DNA of 36,184 nt from Parcubacteria group bacterium M6-OD1-1 (GTDB taxonomy: Bacteria; Patescibacteriota; Minisyncoccia; GWC2-36-17; M10-OD1-4): contig LSNK01000005.1 in NCBI GenBank assembly GCA_003056085.1, forward strand, positions 76,122 through 112,305, in the 5' to 3' direction. The translations under genes and the position numbers were made by a program. Of this stretch, positions 18,466-26,996 are shown piece after piece; position 1 is the stretch's first letter, and the number at the start of each line of letters is the position of its first letter. The notes under the pieces are model-generated. The model worked only from the letters and a program-made list of their open reading frames with translations, did not search any database and had not been told where the DNA came from.

Positions 18466-18855
18466 ATGTTTTTAAAAGGATGGCTACCCGTTTTTTTATG
18501 GGCGGGATTAATATTTTATCTATCTTCTGTGCCAAATTTAGAAAGTGGTTTTGAAGCTGATTTTTTTCTAAGAAAAGCCGCTCATATCTTTGAGTATGCT
18601 GTTTTGGTAATTTTGCTGTTTAATGCGTTTTTCAGAAGTTTTGAAAAAAAACAAAAACAACCGAGTTTTAAAACCGTTGTTTTTTATGTTTTTTTAATAT
18701 CTTTTTTATATGCTGTATCAGATGAGTTTCATCAAACTTTTGTTTTTGGAAGAAGCGGAAATATAAAAGATGTACTTATAGATTCCGTGGGTATTATTTT
18801 GGGAATTATAGTTTTTTTAGTAAGCGTAAAATCTAAAAATCGCCATTTAAAATAA
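18466..18855 (+). CDS. VanZ family membrane protein
   Basis: RKAAH.FEY and YA.SDEFHQ.FV.GR.....DV..D motifs. Confidence 0.92.
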   Translation: MFLKGWLPVFLWAGLIFYLSSVPNLESGFEADFFLRKAAHIFEYAVLVILLFNAFFRSFEKKQKQPSFKTVVFYVFLISFLYAVSDEFHQTFVFGRSGNIKDVLIDSVGIILGIIVFLVSVKSKNRHLK

Positions 18856-18867
18856 ATGGCGATTTTT
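18835..18867. terminator. bidirectional terminator between vanZ-like gene and rplT
   Basis: perfect 15-bp inverted repeat AAAAATCGCCATTTA/TAAATGGCGATTTTT between convergent genes. Confidence 0.85.
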
Positions 18868-18877
18868 TATAGAATTT

Positions 18878-19225
18878 TTATTTTGTTGCTTTCTCTACTA
18901 TTTTAGAAAATATTTCCGGATGTTCTTGTCCAATCTCAGAAAGCATTTTTCTGTTGATTTTTATGTTGTTTTTATTCAAATCTCCAATAAGCTTGCTGTA
19001 AGTTGTTCCGTTTGTTCTTGCTGCTGCATTTACCTGAATATTCCAAAGTCTTCTGAAATCCCCTTTTTTCTTCCTTCTGTGGGCAAACATATAAGACCAA
19101 GCGTGTAAAACCGCTTCTTTCATTTTTCCATACTTGGAATTTCTTCCCCACTTGTAACCTTTGGTGTATTTTCTTAGGTTTTTCCTTCTTTTATTTGCTA
19201 TAACTCCTCTTTTTACTCTCGGCAT
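18878..19225 (-). CDS. rplT: 50S ribosomal protein L20
   Basis: MPRVKRG, RRKKKGDFRRLW and NRKMLSE motifs. Confidence 0.98.
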   Translation of the reverse strand: MPRVKRGVIANKRRKNLRKYTKGYKWGRNSKYGKMKEAVLHAWSYMFAHRRKKKGDFRRLWNIQVNAAARTNGTTYSKLIGDLNKNNIKINRKMLSEIGQEHPEIFSKIVEKATK

Positions 19226-19252
19226 AGTTTTAAAATTTTCTTATTAATTAAA

Positions 19253-19444
19253 TTAAGCTAATCTTTTCATTAATTTCTTAATATCTCTTTTGTGAACATT
19301 TTGTGTTGTGTGTTTTTTTCTCGTTTCATTTCCAGTTGCTCTTGCATTAAAATGATTTTGACTTGCAGCTCTTCTTACCATTTTTTTATTTTTGGTAATA
19401 CGCATTCTCTTTGTTATTGATTTATTTGTTTTTATTTTTCCCAT
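19253..19444 (-). CDS. rpmI: 50S ribosomal protein L35
   Basis: K.KT.KS..KR.RIT; located between infC and rplT. Confidence 0.93.
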   Translation of the reverse strand: MGKIKTNKSITKRMRITKNKKMVRRAASQNHFNARATGNETRKKHTTQNVHKRDIKKLMKRLA

Positions 19445-19454
19445 CTGTTTATTT

Positions 19455-19988
19455 TTATTTTGATATTATCATTGAAAACCCGCTTGGCAAGCTTCTCATT
19501 GGTTGGTCTATTTTGTATTCAATAGAGATTAAGTCTATAAACTTTTTGAATTTTTCTTTCGCAAATTCTTTATTAGCTCGTTGCCTTCCTTTTAAAAATA
19601 TTTCAACTTTTACTTTATCTCCTTCTTCTAAAAATTTTTCAAGCTTTTTAATTTTTATCATAGAGTCATGTTCGGATATTGAAAGACCTACTTTTACAAT
19701 TTTCAACTCAGATGATTTTTGCTTTGCTTTCCTCTCTTTTTTTGCTTTTTCCTGCTGGTAAAGATGTTTCCCCATATCTATTATTTTTGCAACGGGGGGT
19801 TTGGCATCTTTTGATATTTCTACAAGATCAAGCCCTGCTTGCCTTGCCATTTGAAGCGCTTTCTGCGTGTCTACAACACCGACATTCTCTCCTTTTTCGT
19901 TTATAAGCCTTACTTCAGGAATTCTAATCTGCTCGTTTGACCTTGGTTTTATTTGCCTTGGTGTAAATTTTCTAAATGGTCTTCTGAT
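19455..19988 (-). CDS. infC: translation initiation factor IF-3 (probable non-AUG start; ATC at 19988 proposed)
   Basis: NEQIR...VRLI, GLDLVEIS..A.PPVAKI.D and FL..GDKVK motifs; no in-frame ATG before the conserved domain. Confidence 0.95.
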   Translation of the reverse strand: MRRPFRKFTPRQIKPRSNEQIRIPEVRLINEKGENVGVVDTQKALQMARQAGLDLVEISKDAKPPVAKIIDMGKHLYQQEKAKKERKAKQKSSELKIVKVGLSISEHDSMIKIKKLEKFLEEGDKVKVEIFLKGRQRANKEFAKEKFKKFIDLISIEYKIDQPMRSLPSGFSMIISK

Positions 19989-20054
19989 ATTTTTTATAAG
20001 ATTAAGAATGAAAATCAATAAGGTGTATTATCAAGATAAAACACTCATTTTGTT

Positions 20055-20089
20055 TTCTAAATTCTTAATTCTAAATTCTTAATTCTAAA
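20055..20089. repeat. heptamer-periodic tandem array (5 units)
   Basis: ttctaaa ttcttaa ttctaaa ttcttaa ttctaaa. Confidence 0.8.
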
Positions 20090-20110
20090 ATCTACCGAAG
20101 GTGGATTTTT

Positions 20111-20505
20111 TGGTGGAGATGGCGAGAGTTGAACTCGCATCCAAAAAGTTTTTAAAAACACTTCTACAAACATAGCTTATTTTATATGAATTTTAGAATT
20201 TTTAATCTATAAAATAAGCAAAATGATTAAAAATTCCTATCCGCTGATCCTTTGCAACATATTGCGGAAAATACATTGCGCATTTCGATGGATATAACAC
20301 CTAAGCTCCACTTATCGAAAATCAGTGGGTCAGATGGCAAAAGTTAAACTCTTGCGAAAGCTAAAGATGGAGCAAATGCACTTGCAAGTGCCGCCTTTGC
20401 TTTTGAAAATAAGTTTGCACTTATTGTTTTGCTTCAGATTTACGAGTTAAAGCAGCTCGGTTTGCATATTTTTAAAGAGTCTTTTTGTCGAAGCCCGACA
20501 TCCCC
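20111..20505 (-). ncRNA. ssrA: transfer-messenger RNA
   Basis: 5' GGGGAUG pairs with 3' CAUCUCC-ACCA including G3-U; T-arm GCGAG-UUCAACU-CUCGC; resume context AUAAGU-GCA; directly downstream of smpB. Confidence 0.96.
20344..20418 (-). other. tmRNA tag reading frame (A)ANLFSKAKAALASAFAPSLAFARV
   Basis: 24 codons from the GCA resume codon to TAA. Confidence 0.85.
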
Positions 20506-20548
20506 ATTTGTTTTGTCAGGGCTAATCTTAGAAGTATAAAAGGTGTTT

Positions 20549-21001
20549 TTACCGCCTTTGTTCTTTTAAGATTCGTTCTGCTTGGCGCTTAAATTCCATT
20601 TTTTTTATTTTTTCGCGCTTTTCAAATTTCTTTTTAGACTTAACTAAAGCAAATTCAAGCTTTATTAAACGTCCCTTAGTATATACAGAAATAGGTACTA
20701 ATGTCAAGCCTTTTTCAGCTGTTTTACCTATTAAATACTGAATTTCTTTTTTTTTCAAGAGTAATTTTCTGGGTTTTTTTGAATCGTAGTTTTTTGGCGT
20801 ATTTTTCGGCTGATAAGAAGAAATATCTGCGTTTACCAGAAAGGCTTCCTCGTTTCTTAAGGCTACATAGGATCCGCGCATGTTTATAAGTCCATTTTTT
20901 GCGGATTTTACCTCAAAACCGCGCAACGAAATACCGGCCTCAAATTTATCCAACACCTCATAATCAAATAATGCTTTTTTGTTTTCCGCTAATTTTGGCA
21001 T
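20549..21001 (-). CDS. smpB: SsrA-binding protein SmpB
   Basis: NKKA.FDY...FEAGI.L.G.EVKS, RKLLL.KKEI and GLTLVP motifs. Confidence 0.98.
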   Translation of the reverse strand: MPKLAENKKALFDYEVLDKFEAGISLRGFEVKSAKNGLINMRGSYVALRNEEAFLVNADISSYQPKNTPKNYDSKKPRKLLLKKKEIQYLIGKTAEKGLTLVPISVYTKGRLIKLEFALVKSKKKFEKREKIKKMEFKRQAERILKEQRR

Positions 21002-21146
21002 AACACTTATTATTATAAATTTATGATATATTATGCTTGCTTATTTTACAAATTTAAATCTCTTTTATTTTTTTCTAATTTGTGTATTCTTAAAGAAGGT
21101 GCGCTTTAGGTTTTTTTTATTCCTTAAATAAAGGAGGATTTAAATC

Positions 21147-21497
21147 ATGAAATTTGGACGTTTTTTCTTTTTTGCCTTATTTTTTAGCTTAATATCAGGA
21201 TGTGCCTCAGAGAGTTCATTAAAAAATAAAATATCTGAAAAATCAGATTTTTATATAAGTATATACAAAGAATATAAAAAAGGTTCTTTTTCTTCAAAAT
21301 TTGAATTAGTTGAAAAGTCTATGAAGGGCTCTGTTATTTTAGATAATACTCATGTGATATATATCCCTGATAAAAATTTTCAAGATGGTGAGGATTATTT
21401 TGTTGTAAAAATTTCAAAGAAAGAAGCAGTCTATATAACTGTGACAATAAAAAAAAGCGGGGAAAAAAATGTGAAAATTTTTTATTTTGGTATTTAA
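21147..21497 (+). CDS. hypothetical lipoprotein with a possible Ig-like (Big_9/cadherin-like) domain
   Basis: lipobox ISGC; G.V......IYIPDKNF.DGEDYF pattern; SD AAGGAGG at 21131-21137. Confidence 0.75.
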   Translation: MKFGRFFFFALFFSLISGCASESSLKNKISEKSDFYISIYKEYKKGSFSSKFELVEKSMKGSVILDNTHVIYIPDKNFQDGEDYFVVKISKKEAVYITVTIKKSGEKNVKIFYFGI

Positions 21498-21502
21498 TAC
21501 AA

Positions 21503-21540
21503 AGGACTCAAGATAATTCTTGAGTCCTCTTTTCTTTTTT
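21503..21540 (+). terminator. intrinsic terminator
   Basis: AGGACTCAAGA-taat-TCTTGAGTCCT followed by a T-rich tail. Confidence 0.85.
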
Positions 21541-21565
21541 CAGTTATTTAGGTATCCTTATCAAT

Positions 21566-23299
21566 ATGAATATAAAAAAAGATATTAGAAACTCTGTGCT
21601 TGAAGCGGTAAAAAACCTTCAAAAAAGGGGTATTTTTGATGTTTTGAAAATTGATGATTTTGAGATAGAAAGACCGGAAAAGAGCTCCTTTGGTGATTAT
21701 TCTGTAAACATTGCGTTAAAGTCATCCAAGATTTTAAAAAAATCTCCCCAAGAAATAGCAGAAAATATAAAAAATGAACTTAAGGATAATAAAATTTTAA
21801 AAAAAGTGGAAATAGCAGGTCCGGGATTTTTAAATTTTTTTTTGAAAGACGAAGTTTTTGTTTTAAATACGGAAAATATTTTAAAAGAGAAAGAAAATTA
21901 TGGAAAAAATAATCTTTTAAAAGATGAAAAAATTACAATTGAGTATACGGATCCAAATCCATTTAAAGTTTTTCATATAGGACACTTAATGTCCAATTCA
22001 ATAGGTGAGTCTATTTCCAGAATTTTAGAATTTAGCGGAGCTAAAGTAAAAAGAGTTTGTTATCAAGGTGATGTTGGGCTTCATGTTGCAAAGGCGATTT
22101 ATGGAATGAAGATTTTAGAAAAAGAAGAGAATTTTCCTAAAGAGGACGATTCATTGAATGATAAGATTAACTTTATGGCCAAAGCCTACGCTATGGGGTC
22201 GTCCGATTATGAAAATGATGCTCACAAAAATGAAATAAATAATTTAAATAAGATTATTTATGAAGAAAGCGATAATGAGGTGAATAAGTTGTATAAATGG
22301 GGAAAGAAGTTGAGCCTTAAGCATTTTGAAGAAATTTATAAAAAACTTGGAACAAAATTTGATGACTATTTTTTTGAAAGCGAAACAGGAAAGTTAGGAA
22401 AAAAAATAGTTGAGGAGGGGTTAAAAGACGGCATATTCAAAAAAAGCAACAATGCTGTTGTTTTTGAGGGTGAAAAACATGGCTTACATACAAGGGTTTT
22501 TATAAATTCGGAAGGACTGCCAACGTATGAGGCAAAAGAGCTCGGGTTGGCAAAAATAAAATATGATAAAACAAAATATGACAAATCGATTATTGTAACA
22601 GGAAATGAAGTGGCGGAATATTTTAAAGTTGTCTTAAAAGCTATGGGGTTGATTTTTCCTGAACTTTTAGAAAAAACAGAGCACATACCGCACGGAATGC
22701 TGCGTTTACCAACGGGAAAAATGTCATCTCGCACCGGAGATGTTGTCTCTGCAGAAGATTTAATTTCTGATGTGGCAGGCGGTATTTCTATTAAAATGAA
22801 AGAAAATAATATTGTAAGCAGTGATGAGAAAGAAAAAATTATTCAAAAAATTTCAATTGCCGCTATAAAATATTCAATTTTAAAACAAAAAACAGGAAAG
22901 GATATTGTTTTTGATATTAATAAATCTATTTCTTTTGAGGGAGGGTCGGGTCCTTACTTGCAATATGCTTATGTAAGAACCAAGTCGTTGCTCAAAAAAG
23001 CGGAAGAAAAAAATATTAAAATTTCTACAAAAAATATATATGATGAAGTTGGTGAGTTGGAAAAAGTTTTGCAAAGATTTCCGGAAATTGTACAATTAGC
23101 ATCTTTTGAAAGAGCGCCGCATTATATAGTTACATATCTTCTCAATTTATCCCAAACTTTTAACAGCTACTATGCAAAAAATAAAATAATTTCAGATTCC
23201 AAAGAGGACTCTTATAGGTTGGCTTTAACACAAGCTGTATCTGTTGTTTTAAAAAACGGTCTTTTTATATTGGGCATTTCCGTTCCGGAAAAGATGTAG
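21566..23299 (+). CDS. argS: arginine--tRNA ligase
   Basis: FGDYS.N, AGPGFLNF, HIGH, KMSSRTG, GPYLQYAY and C-terminal PEKM motifs. Confidence 0.98.
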   Translation: MNIKKDIRNSVLEAVKNLQKRGIFDVLKIDDFEIERPEKSSFGDYSVNIALKSSKILKKSPQEIAENIKNELKDNKILKKVEIAGPGFLNFFLKDEVFVLNTENILKEKENYGKNNLLKDEKITIEYTDPNPFKVFHIGHLMSNSIGESISRILEFSGAKVKRVCYQGDVGLHVAKAIYGMKILEKEENFPKEDDSLNDKINFMAKAYAMGSSDYENDAHKNEINNLNKIIYEESDNEVNKLYKWGKKLSLKHFEEIYKKLGTKFDDYFFESETGKLGKKIVEEGLKDGIFKKSNNAVVFEGEKHGLHTRVFINSEGLPTYEAKELGLAKIKYDKTKYDKSIIVTGNEVAEYFKVVLKAMGLIFPELLEKTEHIPHGMLRLPTGKMSSRTGDVVSAEDLISDVAGGISIKMKENNIVSSDEKEKIIQKISIAAIKYSILKQKTGKDIVFDINKSISFEGGSGPYLQYAYVRTKSLLKKAEEKNIKISTKNIYDEVGELEKVLQRFPEIVQLASFERAPHYIVTYLLNLSQTFNSYYAKNKIISDSKEDSYRLALTQAVSVVLKNGLFILGISVPEKM

Positions 23300-23326
23300 T
23301 CTGAGGGTTTAATACTTTTTATTAAA

Positions 23327-23355
23327 TTGATTTTTTAGCTGTTTTTAGATAAGAT
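23327..23355 (+). promoter_or_regulatory. putative ileS promoter
   Basis: TTGATT-N17-TAAGAT, flanked by a 15-bp direct repeat. Confidence 0.5.
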
Positions 23356-23395
23356 GTTTTTATTAAATTGAAAATAAAATAAATATTTAATTTTA

Positions 23396-26300
23396 ATGGA
23401 CAAGAAAAATAACAAATCAAAAATAGCTCAAATGGAGGAGGATGTTTTGAGGTTTTGGAAAGACACAGATACATTCAGTAAGAGTTTAAAAAAAACAAAA
23501 AAAGGGAAACCTTTTGTTTTTTATGAAGGACCTCCAACAGCAAATGGAAGGCCGGGAATTCATCATGTTATTGCAAGGTGTTTTAAAGATATTTTTTTAA
23601 GGTACAAGTCAATGAACGGATTTTATGTTGAGAGAAAGGCAGGTTGGGACACTCATGGGCTTCCTGTTGAACTTGAGGTTGAAAAAAGACTTGGTATAAA
23701 GTCAAAACCGGAAATTGAAAAGTACGGAATAGAAAAATTTAATAAAGAATGCAAGAAGTCGGTTTGGACGTATAAAGACGAGTGGGAAAAAATGACGGAC
23801 AGAATGGGTTATTGGTTGGATATGGAAAATCCGTATGTGACGTATAAGTCTGACTATATGGAAACTCTTTGGTGGATTATCAAACAATTTTCAAATAAAA
23901 AACTTTTAACGGAAGATTATAAAGTTATACCTTTTTGTACTCGTTGTGGAACGGGCTTATCTTCTCATGAAGTGGCGCAGGGATATAAAACAATAAAGGA
24001 CAGGTCTGTATATGTGAAATTTAAATTTAAATTTCACAAAAATAAATTAGAAGATAAAGGTTTAAGCGAATATTTTTTGGTTTGGACAACAACCCCGTGG
24101 ACATTGCCTGCTAATGTAGCTCTTGCTGTAAATAAAGATCTTTTGTACGCAAGAGTAAAAGTAGAGAATGAAATTTTAATAATAGCAAAAGACAGAGTTA
24201 AAGATGTTTTGGGGGATGATGTCTATGTTTTGGGCTATATAAAAGGGAAGGATTTAGTCGGGCTTTTTTATGAACAGCTGCTTAGTTTTGCAACTCCAAA
24301 AGAAGATAAAAATGTTTTTTGTGTAGTTGAGGATGATTTTGTTTCTGCGTCCGATGGTTCCGGAGTTGTTCATATAGCGCCTGCTTACGGAGAGGATGAT
24401 ATGCGAGTGGCAAAGAAAAATAATTTGCCGGTTCTTAATGTTGTTAAAGAAACAGGAGAATTTAAAGACGAGGTGTATTTATGGAAAGATAAATTTGTTA
24501 AAGATACAGATATTGAAATAATTAAATTTTTGGAGGAAGAGGGAAAATTATTTAAAACTGAACTTTACGAACACGAGTATCCTTTTTGTTGGAGGTGTAA
24601 AACACCGCTTATTTATTTTGCAAGAAAATCATGGTTTGTAACAACAACTAAAGTTAAAAAAGAGATATTAGAAAATAATAAAACAGTTAACTGGGTTCCT
24701 TCTCATATAAAAGATGGAAGATTTGGAGAATGGTTAAAAGACAACAAAGACTGGGCTTTTTCAAGAGATAGATACTGGGGCACTCCTTTACCTGTTTGGA
24801 AATGTGAAAGTTGCGGGGAAAATGAAGTTTTAGGTTCTATTTCTGACATCTTAAAAAAGAGCAAGTTTAACAACCGGTATTTTATTATGCGTCATGGCGG
24901 AGCGGAATTTAATACAAAAGATATAATCGCGTCTTCAAATAAACATAAAAATAAATTAACAAAGAAAGGAATTTTTGATGTTAAAAAATCAGCGGAAAAA
25001 TTAAAAGATGTGGATGTTATCATTACTTCTCCTTTTGACAGAACTTTCAACACGGCGGAAATTATTGCAAAAGAGTTCGGTATTAAGAAAACAAATGTTA
25101 TAAAAGAGCCTTTGATTTCGGAGATAAACACAGGAGTTTTTGATGGTTGTCCGGTAAAAGATTATCATGCATTTTTTAATGAAGGAAAAGCTCCAAAAGG
25201 ATATAAAGAATATTTAAATTCTTTATTGCTCAAATTTGAGAAAAAACCTAAAAAGGGAGAAAATTTGAGAAATCTCAAAAAGCGTATGGTTCGCGCTGTT
25301 TTAAAAATAGAAAAAAAATACAAAGGAAAAAATATTCTCATAATAAGCCATGAGTATCCTTTATGGATATTAGAAACCGCTCTCATGGGGCTTAGCAACG
25401 AAGCGTCAGCAAAAAGAAAGGCAAAGATGAAGTCTCCCGATTATATAAAAACAGCAGAAGTTAGAAAAATAAAAACAGGCAAGCCTCCTTTAAACAAAGA
25501 TGGAGATTTAGACCTGCACAGACCGTATGTTGATGAAATAAAAATTGATTGCAAAAAATGTAAAAGTGAAATGACAAGAGTTCCAGAGGTTTGCGATGTT
25601 TGGTTTGACTCAGGTGCTATGCCGTTTGCGCAACTTCACTATCCTTTTGAAAATAAAAATAAAATAGATAAAAAAGAATTTTTCCCCGCAGATTATATTT
25701 CTGAAGCGGTGGATCAAACCAGAGGCTGGTTTTATACTTTACTTGCAATATCAACATTGCTTGGCTTTGAAGCGCCATACAAAAATGTTGTATCTTTGGG
25801 TCATATTTTAGATAAAAAAGGAAAAAAAATGTCCAAGTCTTTGGGTAATATTGTAAGCCCATGGGATGTTGCAGATAAGTACGGCATGGATGCTGTAAGA
25901 TGGTATTTTTATATAGCAAATTCTCCCGGTGAGCCAAAGAAATTTGATGAAAAAGATCTTGCCGGGTATCAAAGAAAACACATAATGGCTCTTTTAAATA
26001 CATTTAATTTTATTGGTTCATATATTGATTTAAATGAGGGGAAAAATAAAAAACAAGAATCCAAAAATATTTTAGATAAGTGGATTATATCAAGGTTAAA
26101 CGAGCTTGTTTTTACTGCAACTGATTATATGGAAAAATACAATCCTCAGTTTGCGGCAAGAGAGATAGCTTTGTTTGTTGATGATTTAACAAATTGGTAC
26201 ATCAGGAGGTCAAGAAGAAGGTTTCAATACAAAGAGGAGAATAGTAAGGATTTTATCCAAGCAAAAGATACTCTGCTTTTTGTTTTTTCCGAACTGCTTA

Positions 26301-26914
26301 AATTAACCGCTCCTTTTACACCATTTGTTGCAGATCATCTTTGGTTAAAGCTTTTAAATAAAAAGTCTGTACATTTGGAGGACTATCCAAAAATAAACAA
26401 AAAAAAGATTAACAAGAAAATATTGGAAAATATGAAAGAAGCAAGAAGTTTTGTTTCTGACGCACTCAAAAAAAGAGCAAAAGCCGGGATAAAAGTAAGA
26501 CAACCATTGCAAGAATTAAGAATTAAAAATCAAAAATTAAGCAAAGACTTTTTAGAATTAATAAAAGATGAAGTAAATGTAAAAAAGGTAATTCTTGATA
26601 AAAATATTAAAGAAAGTGTTAAACTTGATGTAAAAATCACAAAAGAACTAAAAGAAGAAGGCATGATGAGAGATTTAATAAGAAATATTCAGGGAGAAAG
26701 AAAAAATAAGGGACTCGTAAAAAGTGATTATATAAAAATTGAATTTGCGGAAACATCTTTTATTTCTAATCTTATAAAAAAATATAATAATCAAATAAAA
26801 TCAGAAACCGTTACAGAAAAAATAGAAATTATTTCAAAAAAAGAAGATATGACAGAAGCAAAAATAGGAGAAGAGATTGTTATGTTTAAAATAAGCGTCA
26901 AAAATACAAAGTAA
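23396..26914 (+). CDS. ileS: isoleucine--tRNA ligase (type 2) with an inserted histidine-phosphatase domain
   Basis: EGPPTANG.PGIHH, GWDTHGLP, WTTTPWTLP, DQTRGWF and KMSKS motifs; internal RHG domain. Confidence 0.97.
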   Translation: MDKKNNKSKIAQMEEDVLRFWKDTDTFSKSLKKTKKGKPFVFYEGPPTANGRPGIHHVIARCFKDIFLRYKSMNGFYVERKAGWDTHGLPVELEVEKRLGIKSKPEIEKYGIEKFNKECKKSVWTYKDEWEKMTDRMGYWLDMENPYVTYKSDYMETLWWIIKQFSNKKLLTEDYKVIPFCTRCGTGLSSHEVAQGYKTIKDRSVYVKFKFKFHKNKLEDKGLSEYFLVWTTTPWTLPANVALAVNKDLLYARVKVENEILIIAKDRVKDVLGDDVYVLGYIKGKDLVGLFYEQLLSFATPKEDKNVFCVVEDDFVSASDGSGVVHIAPAYGEDDMRVAKKNNLPVLNVVKETGEFKDEVYLWKDKFVKDTDIEIIKFLEEEGKLFKTELYEHEYPFCWRCKTPLIYFARKSWFVTTTKVKKEILENNKTVNWVPSHIKDGRFGEWLKDNKDWAFSRDRYWGTPLPVWKCESCGENEVLGSISDILKKSKFNNRYFIMRHGGAEFNTKDIIASSNKHKNKLTKKGIFDVKKSAEKLKDVDVIITSPFDRTFNTAEIIAKEFGIKKTNVIKEPLISEINTGVFDGCPVKDYHAFFNEGKAPKGYKEYLNSLLLKFEKKPKKGENLRNLKKRMVRAVLKIEKKYKGKNILIISHEYPLWILETALMGLSNEASAKRKAKMKSPDYIKTAEVRKIKTGKPPLNKDGDLDLHRPYVDEIKIDCKKCKSEMTRVPEVCDVWFDSGAMPFAQLHYPFENKNKIDKKEFFPADYISEAVDQTRGWFYTLLAISTLLGFEAPYKNVVSLGHILDKKGKKMSKSLGNIVSPWDVADKYGMDAVRWYFYIANSPGEPKKFDEKDLAGYQRKHIMALLNTFNFIGSYIDLNEGKNKKQESKNILDKWIISRLNELVFTATDYMEKYNPQFAAREIALFVDDLTNWYIRRSRRRFQYKEENSKDFIQAKDTLLFVFSELLKLTAPFTPFVADHLWLKLLNKKSVHLEDYPKINKKKINKKILENMKEARSFVSDALKKRAKAGIKVRQPLQELRIKNQKLSKDFLELIKDEVNVKKVILDKNIKESVKLDVKITKELKEEGMMRDLIRNIQGERKNKGLVKSDYIKIEFAETSFISNLIKKYNNQIKSETVTEKIEIISKKEDMTEAKIGEEIVMFKISVKNTK

Positions 26915-26996
26915 CGAAAAACACAAGTGTTAGAATTAGGATTTTATAACTTATAACCTAATTGCTAAAACTTACATTGAATTTTTAACTTTTAAG

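Noticed and set aside
20055-20089. CRISPR array
   Set aside because: Short heptamer tandem without spacers, and no cas genes anywhere in the window.
20040-20111. Island integrated at the tmRNA 3' end
   Set aside because: No integrase and no duplicated ssrA 3' fragment; infC follows directly.
23300-23395. T-box riboswitch before ileS
   Set aside because: The spacer is under 100 bp and lacks the T-box GGTGG.ACC sequence.
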